DNA of 25,786 nucleotides, from the IMG/VR virus record IMGVR_UViG_3300037419_002575, positions 1-25,786 of that record. One strand, written 5' to 3'. The notes under the pieces were generated by a model. That model was not told the origin of the DNA, did no database searches, and was given only the letters and a program-made list of their open reading frames with translations. Within the stretch, counting starts at the first letter, position 1; every line of letters starts with the position of its first letter. The translations under genes and the position numbers were made by a program. The stretch comes from a virus. Taxonomy: Duplodnaviria > Caudoviricetes. Positions 1-10,422 of this stretch are shown here, piece by piece.

Positions 1-3000
1 GCCTGTTCCAAAGCCTTCGGGCCGGTCAATTTGTCAAAGTTGGCAATATCGCCGTACCGGCCCTTTTGAGACATCATGACCTTAATTGCCTGCTCGTAGC
101 GCGCAGGCTTATTAAGGCCAGCAATCCAATTGAACATGGTCGAACCGATTAGGTTGGTCATTTGGTGGCCGGTGAAACCACCATAAATTGTCAGACCAGC
201 CTTAATTTTCGACATGACATGGTCGAAATACTGAAGCGACTTTGCGCTTGGCGTAGCTATTTGTTCCATCATGGAAACTACTTGCTGAGCCTGGCGTGCA
301 CCTTCTTGGGTGAAATAGAAACCCTTCAGGCGTGGGTGGTTGACGCCAAACTTTACATCACCGTGCTTTACGTCGCTGGCGAAACGCGAAACCATGTCAT
401 CGAAAAGGTTCTTTTCGCGAACGGTGTATTCGATGGCGTTCTGGAACCTGTGCAGGAATTCGTATGGGTTTTTGACGTTCCAGGTTTCCCAAGACTTCAG
501 CCAATCAACTCCCTTCGACAAATCGTGAACGACGCCTGCGGCATCCTCCACCTTTTTGCCGTTCTCGAATTTGAAGCTACTCAGACCAAATCGCTTCAGG
601 TTCCGATTGAGCTCATCCATGAGAAGGCGATTACGCCCAACGACAGTACTGTCAGAAATTGCACCGTCGCGCAGCCCGGACCCGCCAACCAAGTTTTCCA
701 TCGTCTTGGCAATTTCGGACTGAAGTTCCGCGACTCGGCCATCTGAAATTCCGTTCTGTTGGGCTGTGCGAAAAGCCTCATTCCAAAGGTCAACGTCACG
801 CGGAGGAAAGCGGCGACCCAGATCATTGATGATTTTCGCCCTTCGCGCAGTCGTGGCCATGGCAGAAGCGTTTGCCTTGATGAGCATGGGGCTCATGTCC
901 TGAATACCGTAGGACGCGTTAAATCGTGCACCTGCCCAATCGGAAACCCTTGCAGCCAAACCAGTCAGGCCACTGAGGTTTTTAGGTGAGGGCAATCCAG
1001 ATGCCTTTGTAATGGCGCTTGTCACGGACTTGACGAAATCGGGCTCGTTGATTACGCCCTTTCCCGTCACTGCGACTTTTCCCAGCCAGGCCTCAGTCTT
1101 CAAACGATTTGCACGCATGGCGGCATTGATTGCATCATTCTCACCGAGCAAATTACCGGTAAAGGTCTTTGCAACGTGTGCACCGACATCACCGGATCCA
1201 GCGGCAGCCGCAGTTTCCCCAGCCGTTTTGACAGCCTGGGCCATCAAATCCTTTTTGCGGCCAACGCTCAAATTAGCCTTAGCTATTTGGTCGGCAAGGT
1301 CCTTACCGGTCTCAATTCCACGATTTGTAGCCGGTGCGGCGGCGACCGCCTCATGCATTCTCAAATCGTGAAGCTTTGTAATTTCCTCCGGGGTAAGGCT
1401 TTGCAGAGCCTTGGGGTGGCCTGCCAGAATTTTGGTGATGAGTTCGTGGGAATTTCCGAACCGCTGCGGCCCAAGAGCCTGCGCAACGTCCGAAAGTCGA
1501 AGCGGTACAGCTCCGGGCCATTCTCCCTTTCCGGCAATTGAGGCGGCGCTGTGAGGAATTACTCCCTTCGTGATGAAATAATTTTCGACGGCTCGGGAGA
1601 TTCTGGCAGCCTTGTCAAACTTTGTGGCTCCAGCGAATTTGAGCTGTGAGGTGATGTAATTCCAAATGCGCGCTTGCTGGGGACCTGAATACCGCACGTT
1701 ATCCCCGGCGGCAATTGCGCGGGCAAGTCCTTCTCCAGTGCCTGGAGCGCGAGCACTTCCAAAAATTTCACGTTCAAACTTCCTGATCGCTCGGTTTGCA
1801 ATTCGAGCTTCGGCAACTTTAAGAAGCGGTGCACCAATGCGAACCGAAACGTCGGTCTTCGTGTTCAGGGGAAGCCGTGCAGAGTCTTCACCACGCGTGG
1901 GCAAAGTTCGCGCGGCTTCGACATCTTCTGCAATGTACTTTCGCAGAACCGGTGCAAGACCATTTACACCGCGAGGACCAAGTTTCTTAATTACCTCGTC
2001 GGCCTTTTGGAGGAGCGCTTCAGTTTTGGTCCATTCGACCTTCGAGCTGGCATTTCGCAGAAGGTCCGCAGCTTTGTACGCCCAGGTTTTGTCACCGCTA
2101 CCGGCCCACGTCAGAATTTTCTTCGCCAGGTTCAGCTGAGAAACCGAACCGTTGGGGGCGCTCAGGGGAATTTCGAGACCCTGGGCGGGAATGTTCTCAC
2201 TTTTGCGGGATGCTGCGGCCATCAAATCGCCGAGCCAGTCATTACCCTTTGGCGAGACATTTGGAATGCCGCCAGCAATTTCACCAGGCTGGGCAATTTT
2301 GCTCACCGATTGAGCAGCGGCCTCGGGGGTGGCTTCGGCAATTCCCGTAACCGGCGCAGGCGCATTTAGCGCACCCTTGAAAGCCTCGGGTGTCCTGCTG
2401 GCCTTTGAATTCAGTCCGGCTAGAATTGCGTCGGTCGTGCCCTTTGCGCCCCGAGCGGCATCGACGCCCTCGGTAATATCCTTTGCGGCCTTAGCTCCGC
2501 CGCCAAATCCACCAGTAACAAAATTCAGCGGGTCCGCGCCAATGTCGGATGGAATTCCGGCAAGCATGGTATTGCGCAGGTAATTTTGCTGCGCATTCGG
2601 CGAATCAAGGTTGTCTGGAATGAAAAGCTCGAAGAAGGTTTTGTCGAACAGCCCCTTCTTGTTTGCAGCCTCCAGTTTCGGCTTAACCTTGGCCCAGTTT
2701 TCAGGGTTTGCTGCGTCAGCTGTGGAAAGTCCGGTTTCCTTGCGAATGGCGACATCCGAGAAATGGGTTTTGTCGGTGGGGTCACTTTGCCATTCGTCAT
2801 TGATGTCTACGCCGGGCAGTGCATCGAGAATTCCCGTAGCACCGCGCAAACCAGCAAGGCCACCCTTTACTCCGCCTTCGACTCCATGCAGAAGCGTTTC
2901 GCCAATATCATGCAGAACCGAATCGTTCGAATCCTTTTGGTGGGCGGCCAAACCCTCATCGAGCGCATTCGCAATTCCATACAGCGGCGTCTGAAGCAAA

Positions 3001-3215
3001 TCGAAAACGCTACCAAGAAAAGTCTGCTTGTGGGCAGAATTGTATGCAGCCTGCGCTTCCTGCTGAGCCTTCTTTTGCGCAGCGGCAATTGCATCCATGC
3101 GCTCTTTTGACCAGCCAGCATTAGACATGATGAATTGCGCGGTGTTGGCTATGTTTGACTGCTGCTGACCGTAACTTTGAAGAAAGTTCAAATTGAGGGG
3201 AGTGTACTTTGCCAC
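1..3215 (-). CDS. Large putative internal virion/ejection protein, >1070 aa, runs off the left edge (absent from ORF track)
   Basis: GTG at 3215 follows the RBS-like AAGGTGAGG and lies 1 nt after the upstream TGA. It reads MAKYTPLNLNFLQSYGQQQ...DIGADPLNFVTGGFGGGAKAAK, and the same frame is open at the edge (RYGDIANFDKLTGPKALEQ). The middle was not translated codon by codon. Function is inferred from position after the nozzle gene. Confidence 0.8.
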   Translation of the reverse strand, partial: MAKYTPLNLNFLQSYGQQQSNIANTAQFIMSNAGWSKERMDAIAAAQKKAQQEAQAAYNSAHKQTFLGSVFDLLQTPLYGIANALDEGLAAHQKDSNDSVLHDIGETLLHGVEGGVKGGLAGLRGATGILDALPGVDINDEWQSDPTDKTHFSDVAIRKETGLSTADAANPENWAKVKPKLEAANKKGLFDKTFFELFIPDNLDSPNAQQNYLRNTMLAGIPSDIGADPLNFVTGGFGGGAKAAKDITEGVDAARGAKGTTDAILAGLNSKASRTPEAFKGALNAPAPVTGIAEATPEAAAQSVSKIAQPGEIAGGIPNVSPKGNDWLGDLMAAASRKSENIPAQGLEIPLSAPNGSVSQLNLAKKILTWAGSGDKTWAYKAADLLRNASSKVEWTKTEALLQKADEVIKKLGPRGVNGLAPVLRKYIAEDVEAARTLPTRGEDSARLPLNTKTDVSVRIGAPLLKVAEARIANRAIRKFEREIFGSARAPGTGEGLARAIAAGDNVRYSGPQQARIWNYITSQLKFAGATKFDKAARISRAVENYFITKGVIPHSAASIAGKGEWPGAVPLRLSDVAQALGPQRFGNSHELITKILAGHPKALQSLTPEEITKLHDLRMHEAVAAAPATNRGIETGKDLADQIAKANLSVGRKKDLMAQAVKTAGETAAAAGSGDVGAHVAKTFTGNLLGENDAINAAMRANRLKTEAWLGKVAVTGKGVINEPDFVKSVTSAITKASGLPSPKNLSGLTGLAARVSDWAGARFNASYGIQDMSPMLIKANASAMATTARRAKIINDLGRRFPPRDVDLWNEAFRTAQQNGISDGRVAELQSEIAKTMENLVGGSGLRDGAISDSTVVGRNRLLMDELNRNLKRFGLSSFKFENGKKVEDAAGVVHDLSKGVDWLKSWETWNVKNPYEFLHRFQNAIEYTVREKNLFDDMVSRFASDVKHGDVKFGVNHPRLKGFYFTQEGARQAQQVVSMMEQIATPSAKSLQYFDHVMSKIKAGLTIYGGFTGHQMTNLIGSTMFNWIAGLNKPARYEQAIKVMMSQKGRYGDIANFDKLTGPKALEQ

Positions 3216-3216
3216 T

Positions 3217-4587
3217 TCACCTCACCTTTCCAAGGTACGCTTCGAGAGCCGCTAGCGCTGCATTAATGTCAAGCGGGTTATTAGCGTACGGCGAATTCAT
3301 TAGCTCCTTTCGGAGCAAACCCTCCATGTACTGCTGACCAACGTCAGAATACTTTGGATCCTTGCCGAGCGACGGATCTCCCGGCTGCAGAATGAATTTA
3401 CCCTGCTTCACTGTCTTGTCCGAAAGCACGTTCTGAATCAGATCCATCAGCTGATTTGCATGGATTGGCTGATTCGGAAATTGAGACGCAAGGTAATTCG
3501 AAGCACCGGGAAGACCGGTCGTCAGCCCAGAAAGACCACCGCCACCGCTGCCCCCAAAACCGGAACCCTGAAGGTGATTAGCCTTTGCCGCGTCATTTTG
3601 GGCCTGAAGCTGGAAATTGTACAGCTTCATCATGTTGTCGAATTGCTGCTGACCCTGCTGCTGAACTCGCTGCTGATCCTGCATTTGGAGCTGCTGAAGC
3701 AGTGCGGCAATTGCCTGCGATTTACCGGCCGTCAGTGAATCGAGCTGACCGCCAGCCTGGTCCAAATAGTCGCTGAGCTGCTGGTCAATTGACTGAGCCG
3801 TATTTTCACCGGCCATGCGAGAACTGTTGCCCAAATTACGGGCGTAATCCGTCTCGGCCATTTGCTGCTGAGCCAGGGCATTCAGAGCATTCTGCTGATC
3901 CAAATTGCTCTGGTTCTGGAAATAAGCCTGATCGTCCTTTGACTGCTGCGAAGCGTCGGGAGCGGCGGCCTGAACTCCAAGCTGCTTCAAAACGGCATCC
4001 TGCTGTTGAGCATTCTGCTGATACTCATTTTGCATTTGCTGCTGCGCCTGATCGTAGCGCTGATTTGCCTCATCATCCTGCGCCTTGTATTGCGCGGTAA
4101 TGTCGGGCAGCTGAGCCAAATAGTCTTTCGCCAGGCTGCCGTACATGTCGCGAGCCGTTTGCTCGGATCGCTTGCCACGCTTTACGTGCGTCTTGATTTC
4201 GTTACTGACGGCAGAAATCTGCGGATCGTACTGCGCGGCAACCTGCTGTTCGGCAAGCTTACGCAATTGCTCCAGTGGGGTGGCTGCAACCGAAATAGAA
4301 TTGGCCGCGTTGAAAAGCTGGTTCTGGAGCGCAGTGAAAGGATCAGTTCCGGTTCCTGTCGGATTTTGCTGGACCTGTGCATCCTGACCGGCCGCCTGCC
4401 GTTCAATTGCTTCGGCAAGGGAAGTTGGGCTGGGTCCAGCCGTCAGCAAACCATTTGGAGCAACGAGACCCTGAATGTTCTTGATGGCGTTGTTGATGTC
4501 AAAAAAGCTGCCACTGCTCTTTGAAGAAGACTTCTTCTTACCGCCCCCGTTCATGGAGGCGTAAGCATTTGGAGGAGCTACACCCAT
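3217..4587 (-). CDS. Gln/Ala-rich coiled-coil virion protein, probable ejection protein (456 aa)
   Basis: Long ORF with a TAA-ATG junction to the upstream gene; Q/A-rich helical composition; position in the post-tail cluster. Confidence 0.75.
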   Translation of the reverse strand: MGVAPPNAYASMNGGGKKKSSSKSSGSFFDINNAIKNIQGLVAPNGLLTAGPSPTSLAEAIERQAAGQDAQVQQNPTGTGTDPFTALQNQLFNAANSISVAATPLEQLRKLAEQQVAAQYDPQISAVSNEIKTHVKRGKRSEQTARDMYGSLAKDYLAQLPDITAQYKAQDDEANQRYDQAQQQMQNEYQQNAQQQDAVLKQLGVQAAAPDASQQSKDDQAYFQNQSNLDQQNALNALAQQQMAETDYARNLGNSSRMAGENTAQSIDQQLSDYLDQAGGQLDSLTAGKSQAIAALLQQLQMQDQQRVQQQGQQQFDNMMKLYNFQLQAQNDAAKANHLQGSGFGGSGGGGLSGLTTGLPGASNYLASQFPNQPIHANQLMDLIQNVLSDKTVKQGKFILQPGDPSLGKDPKYSDVGQQYMEGLLRKELMNSPYANNPLDINAALAALEAYLGKVR

Positions 4588-5178
4588 TTAAATCCCCAAT
4601 TGAGCCGCGCGCCGACGAATGGCGTCCTGCTTTGCATTGTTCATTTCGATTTGAAGCTGCTCAAGGAAACTCTTCTTCTGAGCTGCCAAATCCCCTAGCT
4701 GATCCGTCCGCCCATTCGTGAGTGAAGCCATTCGAGCGTTGAAATCAGTGTTGTAATCTCCGAGAGCTTTTGCGAAAACTCCAGAGTGAAGGATTCCTCT
4801 TCCGGCAAAATCGTTTTGCTGGTCGAGTCTGTCTTGGGCTCCCTGACGATTGAGCTGTCGGGTGCTTTCGGCGTAGTCTCTATTTACAATTCCCGATTGG
4901 CGAGTGTAGTTGGAAAGGTAATCTGCCTTTGACTTATTGTAATCAGCCAATTGCTGCTGATACGTCGTGTCGCCAGCCAAATACTTCTGCGTCGCCGACG
5001 GCTTTTTCGGCTTAGCCTTTTCCTTCGCCGGTCGGCTTCCCGTCTTATTCGACGGCGTCACTTTGGTCGTCTTAGGCGGAGCTGGCGGCTTCGGTGGGGG
5101 AGTGGCGCCCACATTTGAAACCTTCGGGTGCAGCGCTCCCAGAACCGTTTGAATTGGAGTCGTCACGGAATCGCCCAC
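4588..5178 (-). CDS. Putative internal virion protein (196 aa)
   Basis: Pro/Lys-rich N-terminus followed by a helical region with a FAGRGILHSG motif; coupled to both neighbours. Confidence 0.7.
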   Translation of the reverse strand: MGDSVTTPIQTVLGALHPKVSNVGATPPPKPPAPPKTTKVTPSNKTGSRPAKEKAKPKKPSATQKYLAGDTTYQQQLADYNKSKADYLSNYTRQSGIVNRDYAESTRQLNRQGAQDRLDQQNDFAGRGILHSGVFAKALGDYNTDFNARMASLTNGRTDQLGDLAAQKKSFLEQLQIEMNNAKQDAIRRRAAQLGI

Positions 5179-5534
5179 CCCAAACGCTTTCGAATTGCAG
5201 TGATGCGCGGATCGCTTCCGCCAATTGCGGTGTTATTCGTGGGTAGGCTTTGCATTCCGCCAGCCCATTTGGGTAGAGGCGTCTGACTGTGCCCCATAGA
5301 GCCCCAGGGTGCGGGAGCCTTAACCTTCTTCTGTACCTCGTGGTACGGCGTTCCAGGGCCCGCTCCGACCCCGAAATCGGGCCTTCCCTGACCGTACGTG
5401 TCCCATGCGGTGTATGCGCCGCCAACCTTTCGACTGCCCTTCAAATAATCGGCAGGCGTGAATGGGTCGCCCTTCTTATATCTTTTCGGTGGTGTTGGAT
5501 GCGACACTGGGGGCGTATTTGGCATAGTCGCCAT
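5163..5534 (-). CDS. Hypothetical protein (123 aa)
   Basis: GGAGG RBS and TAA-ATG coupling; fills the operon without a gap. Confidence 0.65.
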   Translation of the reverse strand: MATMPNTPPVSHPTPPKRYKKGDPFTPADYLKGSRKVGGAYTAWDTYGQGRPDFGVGAGPGTPYHEVQKKVKAPAPWGSMGHSQTPLPKWAGGMQSLPTNNTAIGGSDPRITAIRKRLGWAIP

Positions 5535-5807
5535 TTAAAAACCTCCCGTCCAGTCGGGGACCATAATATTCGGGCTCATCGGATCTCCTGACATTTGCCC
5601 ACCGAGTCTACGCAAAAGCGCGCGCTTTCGTGCTGCCGCTTTATTGTCTCGCTCGGCGTAGCCAAGTTGGTCCGATGTGGGGCCAATGTTCGGCATGCTA
5701 CGTCCACCGCCGTAATGCTTTGATCCGGCAGCGTAAGGGTTGAAACCCTGGAATCCGGGCGCTTTATTTGGGACTCGTTGGGCACCTGAAAAATTTCTCC
5801 CTAGCAT
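5535..5807 (-). CDS. Hypothetical protein (90 aa)
   Basis: Starts 1 nt after the nozzle gene stop and abuts the next gene. Confidence 0.65.
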   Translation of the reverse strand: MLGRNFSGAQRVPNKAPGFQGFNPYAAGSKHYGGGRSMPNIGPTSDQLGYAERDNKAAARKRALLRRLGGQMSGDPMSPNIMVPDWTGGF

Positions 5808-5808
5808 T

Positions 5809-7533
5809 TTAGTTCACCGCATCCGGCGTAAGTTGCTTTGCAGCAACAAAAGCTGTAATTGAGTAAAGTCTAGCAGGACCATCCACGGTATTGCCAGATG
5901 TCGTCATTTCAACTTTGAATTGCATCAGCCGAAAACGAAGGCTCCTACTGAACCGAATGAATCGGCGCACCAAACCTGAACCTTGGGGCTGCGAAACGAC
6001 GACCTGAGGAAATTCCAGGAAAGGGAATTGCCAAGTGTTCAATTGGCTCCACTGATGGGAGGTCAATTGACTCCAGGTCACTTTGTAGAAAACTGAAAAC
6101 GGGTACAGAATTCCCGTTACGTCACGCCCGGTGATGCAATCAATTCCCCAGTGCATCAAACGCTTGAATCGCTGACTCAAACCAATATCGTAGGCTTTGG
6201 TCGTCATCGAGCAGGAGATATCGACCGGCACAATTGAAATGTTACCGTTCTCCTGAATTGTATCCTCGTAGCGATCCTGCATGATGTAAATTTTCATGTA
6301 GGCTTTCCAGGCTCCGGTAGTACCGAATCCCTGAGCGTCCGAGACTTTTCCAAGAGCGCTGCAAGCGACGTAGGATTCATATCCGCGATTGAGGTCTGTG
6401 TTTGTATTGTCGAGTCGAACTGCTTTCCCGATGTAGTGAATGTTTTCGTCGTTACTTTCGTACCGCGTCCAGGCCCGAAGTCGAAGATGGTAAATGTACA
6501 TTCGATTGAAGAATCGGGCATAAAGCCTGTCACCCACCAAACTCAGACTCTGAGCAAACTTCCACCATTCGTCAATTGTGGAGGTCTGACCCTCAAATGG
6601 CGTCGTGTGGTCATATTCGAATGGCACCTTCACTGAAACGCGAGTGAAAGTGTAATTCGTCATTTCATAGACCTCGTTGTATTGAAGCATGAAAATCGAG
6701 TTTTCATAGGCTACAACACAATTTCGACCCATCACGCCAATTGTGGAACTCGCCTGCGTCAAAACAGCCTGCGGCGGACCCTGGTCATACGAAAGAACGT
6801 AGGTCTTGTTGTCTTTCATGATGACCAAATTGTCCTGGTAGACAATTAGGTCATTTACAGCATCTCCGTCGCCGGGTGCGATGTCGAAAAAGCTAGAACT
6901 CTGAAACGTTCCGAAAGTAGACAGGTCACTGAAGAAGAGGCGCGAACTATTGACAATCCCACGTCGTCCTGAAATCCAGAGTCTGTCTTTGTAAACGCAA
7001 GCTGCATAGCCTCGGGGCATATTGGGCAGCGCTGTGACCAAACCAGTGTCGAGGGCATAACTTTGTCCAGTACCGAGTGAGGCATTTCCGCCTTCCGGTC
7101 CTGGGGTGAGGTAAACCACGTCGCCGTATCGAATTGCCTCGGCGTAGGTTCCGTCGGCAATTTTAGAAAAGGCGCCCGAATTTGGTCCGCCAACGTAGTA
7201 GACGTATGCTGCATACGCTCCAGTGTGGCATGAATTGACGATGATGAATTGTACGCCCTCGTAAACGAAGCTTCCGAGGAGAAGTTGATTCGAGTCCGGG
7301 GGGAGTGATCCCGCTGCGACCGTCGTCGAGGTTCCATAGAGCAATTTCCACGGGGGTCGAGATTTGAGGCTGCCGTCCAAGTCAATATCGAAATTGACGC
7401 AGTCCGTCATTTCATTCTCAGCAATGGCCGAGACGTCGGAATATGAGTTAATTCCACCGGCGTAGGGGCCAATTTTCATTTCGCGGACTGGACTGGTCCA
7501 GCGCCGCATGCTTCCACCGATTTGGCTAGCCAT
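5809..7533 (-). CDS. Tail nozzle / tail tubular protein B-like (P22 gp10 / T7 gp12 position), 574 aa
   Basis: N-terminal GGIN...ENEMTDCVNFDIDLDGSLKSRP, beta-propeller-like YKDRLW / SRLFFSD segments and a C-terminal FRLMQFKV; follows the adaptor gene. Confidence 0.75.
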   Translation of the reverse strand: MASQIGGSMRRWTSPVREMKIGPYAGGINSYSDVSAIAENEMTDCVNFDIDLDGSLKSRPPWKLLYGTSTTVAAGSLPPDSNQLLLGSFVYEGVQFIIVNSCHTGAYAAYVYYVGGPNSGAFSKIADGTYAEAIRYGDVVYLTPGPEGGNASLGTGQSYALDTGLVTALPNMPRGYAACVYKDRLWISGRRGIVNSSRLFFSDLSTFGTFQSSSFFDIAPGDGDAVNDLIVYQDNLVIMKDNKTYVLSYDQGPPQAVLTQASSTIGVMGRNCVVAYENSIFMLQYNEVYEMTNYTFTRVSVKVPFEYDHTTPFEGQTSTIDEWWKFAQSLSLVGDRLYARFFNRMYIYHLRLRAWTRYESNDENIHYIGKAVRLDNTNTDLNRGYESYVACSALGKVSDAQGFGTTGAWKAYMKIYIMQDRYEDTIQENGNISIVPVDISCSMTTKAYDIGLSQRFKRLMHWGIDCITGRDVTGILYPFSVFYKVTWSQLTSHQWSQLNTWQFPFLEFPQVVVSQPQGSGLVRRFIRFSRSLRFRLMQFKVEMTTSGNTVDGPARLYSITAFVAAKQLTPDAVN

Positions 7534-8209
7534 AGAAACCGCCAGAGTCCAGGTACAAATCGTCTTCGGGCAGCGTTGTAATCGTCGGATAGTATTCGTT
7601 CGAAGTTACCTTTTCCTGCCCCTTCAATTTCTGGACCTTCTGGGTGTAATCCTGACTCTTCAGGTCAACCATCCAGAGGTTTTCGTCCATTTCGTACGCC
7701 TGCTTCAGGACGTACGAAACCACCGGCTCGAAATACCTGTCAGGGACCGACAAATTGTCCGTCAGTGTTGAAACGGTAGGGGGGTATTTGGCGTAGTAAA
7801 TTTTCAGGCCCGACGTGATGGACTGATTTGGCGTGGGGAAAAGCGTAATCGTTCCGCCGTACACCATGAAAACCTCGGGAGTTCCGCCTCCAAAACCACC
7901 CTGGGAAGTGGTGGCCTTGAAACCGTCAAGGTATTCATTGAACTGCGCGAAACTCAAGCCACGCAGCCTGAAATTGTTGTACATCAGGGAACGCAAAACG
8001 TTCAAATCGGCGGGAGAGCTATAATCCGGCTGCCCTGCTACGATATCCGCTGACGCTACCGTTTCGAGCAATTCCTCGTTGTCGGTGGCAATTGCATTCT
8101 GGGCAGCGTTCACCCAGGCAAGAATATCGGAATCCTTGATTTGAACCGAGTCATCATCACCAAATGTGCGTCGTACTCGGTCGCTCACTTGCTGGACGGT
8201 GAATGTCAA
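7526..8209 (-). CDS. Head-tail adaptor / tail tubular protein A-like (227 aa)
   Basis: DILAWVNAAQ helix, ITLFPTP and LKIYY motifs typical of podovirus adaptor proteins; TTG start; synteny. Confidence 0.75.
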   Translation of the reverse strand: MTFTVQQVSDRVRRTFGDDDSVQIKDSDILAWVNAAQNAIATDNEELLETVASADIVAGQPDYSSPADLNVLRSLMYNNFRLRGLSFAQFNEYLDGFKATTSQGGFGGGTPEVFMVYGGTITLFPTPNQSITSGLKIYYAKYPPTVSTLTDNLSVPDRYFEPVVSYVLKQAYEMDENLWMVDLKSQDYTQKVQKLKGQEKVTSNEYYPTITTLPEDDLYLDSGGFYG

Positions 8210-8642
8210 TCAAATCACCCCGGTGATTATAAAGCTTGTAACTGCTTTTGTTGGACCTGGCGATGGCGGCAGCCATTTCACGAGATTCTTGGCGGCGTTC
8301 ATGATTGATCTTGGCGTTATAAATTTCCTTGGCACGATTGTAATCGTCGAGCCAAGAGAGCAGGTTGCCACCTTTATTGGCCTGCTTGGCATTGAAAACG
8401 TTCGCAAGAAGTCTCTCGTCAGCCTCCATCGCTGTGCAGACCAAATATGGATGACCGTTGCGTGGGAAACAGACGACTCGAAATGGTTCGTCTTTTTCGT
8501 TTCGCCGTCCCGGAGGAATCCACTGAAGCTGCAAATTAGGATCGAAGTCCTGTAGGATTTCATTGACCCTGCGCTGCTTCTCAGAAATCCAATTGCCGTC
8601 ATTCGTGGGAAAGTAAATGTGCCCGTCGTCAGTGAGATCCAT
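8157..8642 (-). CDS. Hypothetical protein (161 aa)
   Basis: TAA-ATG coupling to the upstream gene; 53-nt overlap with the adaptor gene. Confidence 0.7.
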   Translation of the reverse strand: MDLTDDGHIYFPTNDGNWISEKQRRVNEILQDFDPNLQLQWIPPGRRNEKDEPFRVVCFPRNGHPYLVCTAMEADERLLANVFNAKQANKGGNLLSWLDDYNRAKEIYNAKINHERRQESREMAAAIARSNKSSYKLYNHRGDLIDIHRPASERPSTTHIW

Positions 8643-9128
8643 TTAGTTGATCCTCGTTGCGGAAATCGTGGCAGCGTAAATTGAACCAGCCGTGGACGCA
8701 CCATTTGCCTTAATGGCAATTGTGCCATTACCGTCGTACCGGAAAACGCGACGGTTAATTCCACCGGCACCAGCCGTTCCCGCAACACCATTGATAATGC
8801 GGCCAACGCTGGCGCCATTAACGAAAAGCTCCATATTGTCGATTTCGACGTTGGCGACGGTTGTGCCACCAATGAAAGCATGGAGTTCAATTTCATAGGT
8901 TCCCTGAGCCGGAACCGTCAGGGTTGCAATTGTGGTGCCAGCGGTCGGAGCGGCCTGCTTTCCAGTGTTGAAAGTAGAAGTTGCTCGCGACGCCACCGGA
9001 ATTGAACTTTCAATTGGTACGCCCTGATCGGCAGCTCCAAGACCTGAAACCTGAATTGCATAGCGTCCGGCATTTTGGTCAACGGTTACAAGTGCGCCAG
9101 CAAGTTTGTCATTGATGGAACTCGCCAT
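8643..9128 (-). CDS. Small beta-rich virion protein, possible capsid decoration (161 aa)
   Basis: GGAGG RBS; Gly/Ala/Thr-rich; first gene after the major capsid gene. Confidence 0.65.
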   Translation of the reverse strand: MASSINDKLAGALVTVDQNAGRYAIQVSGLGAADQGVPIESSIPVASRATSTFNTGKQAAPTAGTTIATLTVPAQGTYEIELHAFIGGTTVANVEIDNMELFVNGASVGRIINGVAGTAGAGGINRRVFRYDGNGTIAIKANGASTAGSIYAATISATRIN

Positions 9129-9145
9129 TTTCCTCCAGGTACATG

Positions 9146-9184
9146 AAAGGGGCGGCTGCGGGGATTTTCACCCACAACCGCCCC
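9146..9184 (-). terminator. Intrinsic terminator-like hairpin after the major capsid gene
   Basis: Minus strand GGGGCGGTTGTGGG-tgaaaatc-CCCGCAGCCGCCCC-TTT: a 14-bp stem whose two G-U pairs form only on the minus strand; short U tract. Confidence 0.7.
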
Positions 9185-9210
9185 GGAACCAAACCCAACG
9201 CAGAACTAGC

Positions 9211-10404
9211 TTAGCTCTCCGTGACGTCAGCCACAAGAGCCTGCGAATTCCGGCGGTGGCAACCCAGCTGACGATACGTGTAAAGCGTCGCGTCGTAGGC
9301 GTCGAAACCAATTACGCGCTGCCACTTGGAACCATCGCGGTCCATGAACGACCAGTCAGATTCGCGGTAGTACTTCAGCGCCTTTTCGTTCAGGAAGTAC
9401 AGTCGGTTTGGCTGGCAGTCGAAATCGGAGATGATGGGAATTTCACCGACATCGGTGGTGAACTTCAGACCCTTGAAACCACCCTCGAATTCGGTGACGT
9501 TCGAATATTCACGCTGCTGCACGAGCAGGTTGAAATACGAACGGCGAACACCGGGAGTGGTGGTAATCAGCGTCGTCCGTCCACCCTGCTGCCGAATGTC
9601 GTCAACAGTCTTAATCATCAGCGACTCGGAAATGGCGCGGTTCGTTCCACCGTTCGCATTTACGATGGACTTCCACTTTGCCTCAACGGCGGGGTCAATG
9701 TTGTAAAGAACACCCGTGTTGGAAACAATCTGCGAAAGGCCAATTGTCTCGCGGTTCAGGTTTCCCTGGCGAACGACAATGTCACCTACCGCGCCACCGG
9801 CAATTGCGGCGCCATCAACAACAATCGAAACACCGGTGTTTACCGCTGTGACATTTCGACCCGTGGCTCGCTGCGTAACACCCGTCGAGTCGTAAACATC
9901 GACGAACATTCCAACTTCCATGTACTGCGTATTGGTCATTGGAATGGTGTTGGAACCAGCGTAAGCACCGGTCGCAGTTCCAAGGGCACCAACCGAGGTA
10001 CCAAATACCTGGCGGTTCATGTCCTTTGCAACGTCGGTCTGAAGACCTTCCATTTCCTGGTCCAGGACCGAAGCAAAAGCCTGCGCATTCGTCTTTGCCA
10101 GTTCCATGGTCTGACCGGAAAGTCGAACCGCACCGTAAAGGTACGCGAGCGAAACACGAGCCGATGCGTAACCCTGGTTCTGGGCAGTGGGCAGCTGCTC
10201 CATTTCAAGGCGGGCACCAATTCCGTGGTTACGCTTCACGTGAATTGGAAAGACGACGTACTTTCCACCGACGTCAGAAGTGACACCCTCGGAAGTCTGC
10301 TCAAGGCGCTTTGACGTGACCAGCTCATTCATAAGCTGGTCCTGCATCTTGGGCTCGTAAATTTCCTTGAGGATATTCGTCGCGGTAGTTAGGGTTGCCC
10401 CCAT
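9211..10404 (-). CDS. Major capsid protein (397 aa)
   Basis: Follows the scaffold gene; GGAGG RBS; ILKEIY, GGKYVVFPIH, KDMNRQVFG and C-terminal LGCHRRNSQA motifs typical of HK97-fold capsids; terminator downstream. Confidence 0.88.
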   Translation of the reverse strand: MGATLTTATNILKEIYEPKMQDQLMNELVTSKRLEQTSEGVTSDVGGKYVVFPIHVKRNHGIGARLEMEQLPTAQNQGYASARVSLAYLYGAVRLSGQTMELAKTNAQAFASVLDQEMEGLQTDVAKDMNRQVFGTSVGALGTATGAYAGSNTIPMTNTQYMEVGMFVDVYDSTGVTQRATGRNVTAVNTGVSIVVDGAAIAGGAVGDIVVRQGNLNRETIGLSQIVSNTGVLYNIDPAVEAKWKSIVNANGGTNRAISESLMIKTVDDIRQQGGRTTLITTTPGVRRSYFNLLVQQREYSNVTEFEGGFKGLKFTTDVGEIPIISDFDCQPNRLYFLNEKALKYYRESDWSFMDRDGSKWQRVIGFDAYDATLYTYRQLGCHRRNSQALVADVTES

Positions 10405-10422
10405 TAGCCTCCGATTTAAATT

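Noticed and set aside
1-3215. Tape measure protein call for the large left-edge ORF
   Set aside because: No major tail tube or tail assembly chaperone genes precede it; the adaptor/nozzle context favours an ejection protein.
9106-10314. 402-aa plus-strand ORF and other long antisense ORFs (e.g. 10441-11253, 162-746)
   Set aside because: Shadow frames opposite well-supported minus-strand genes, with no recognisable motifs.
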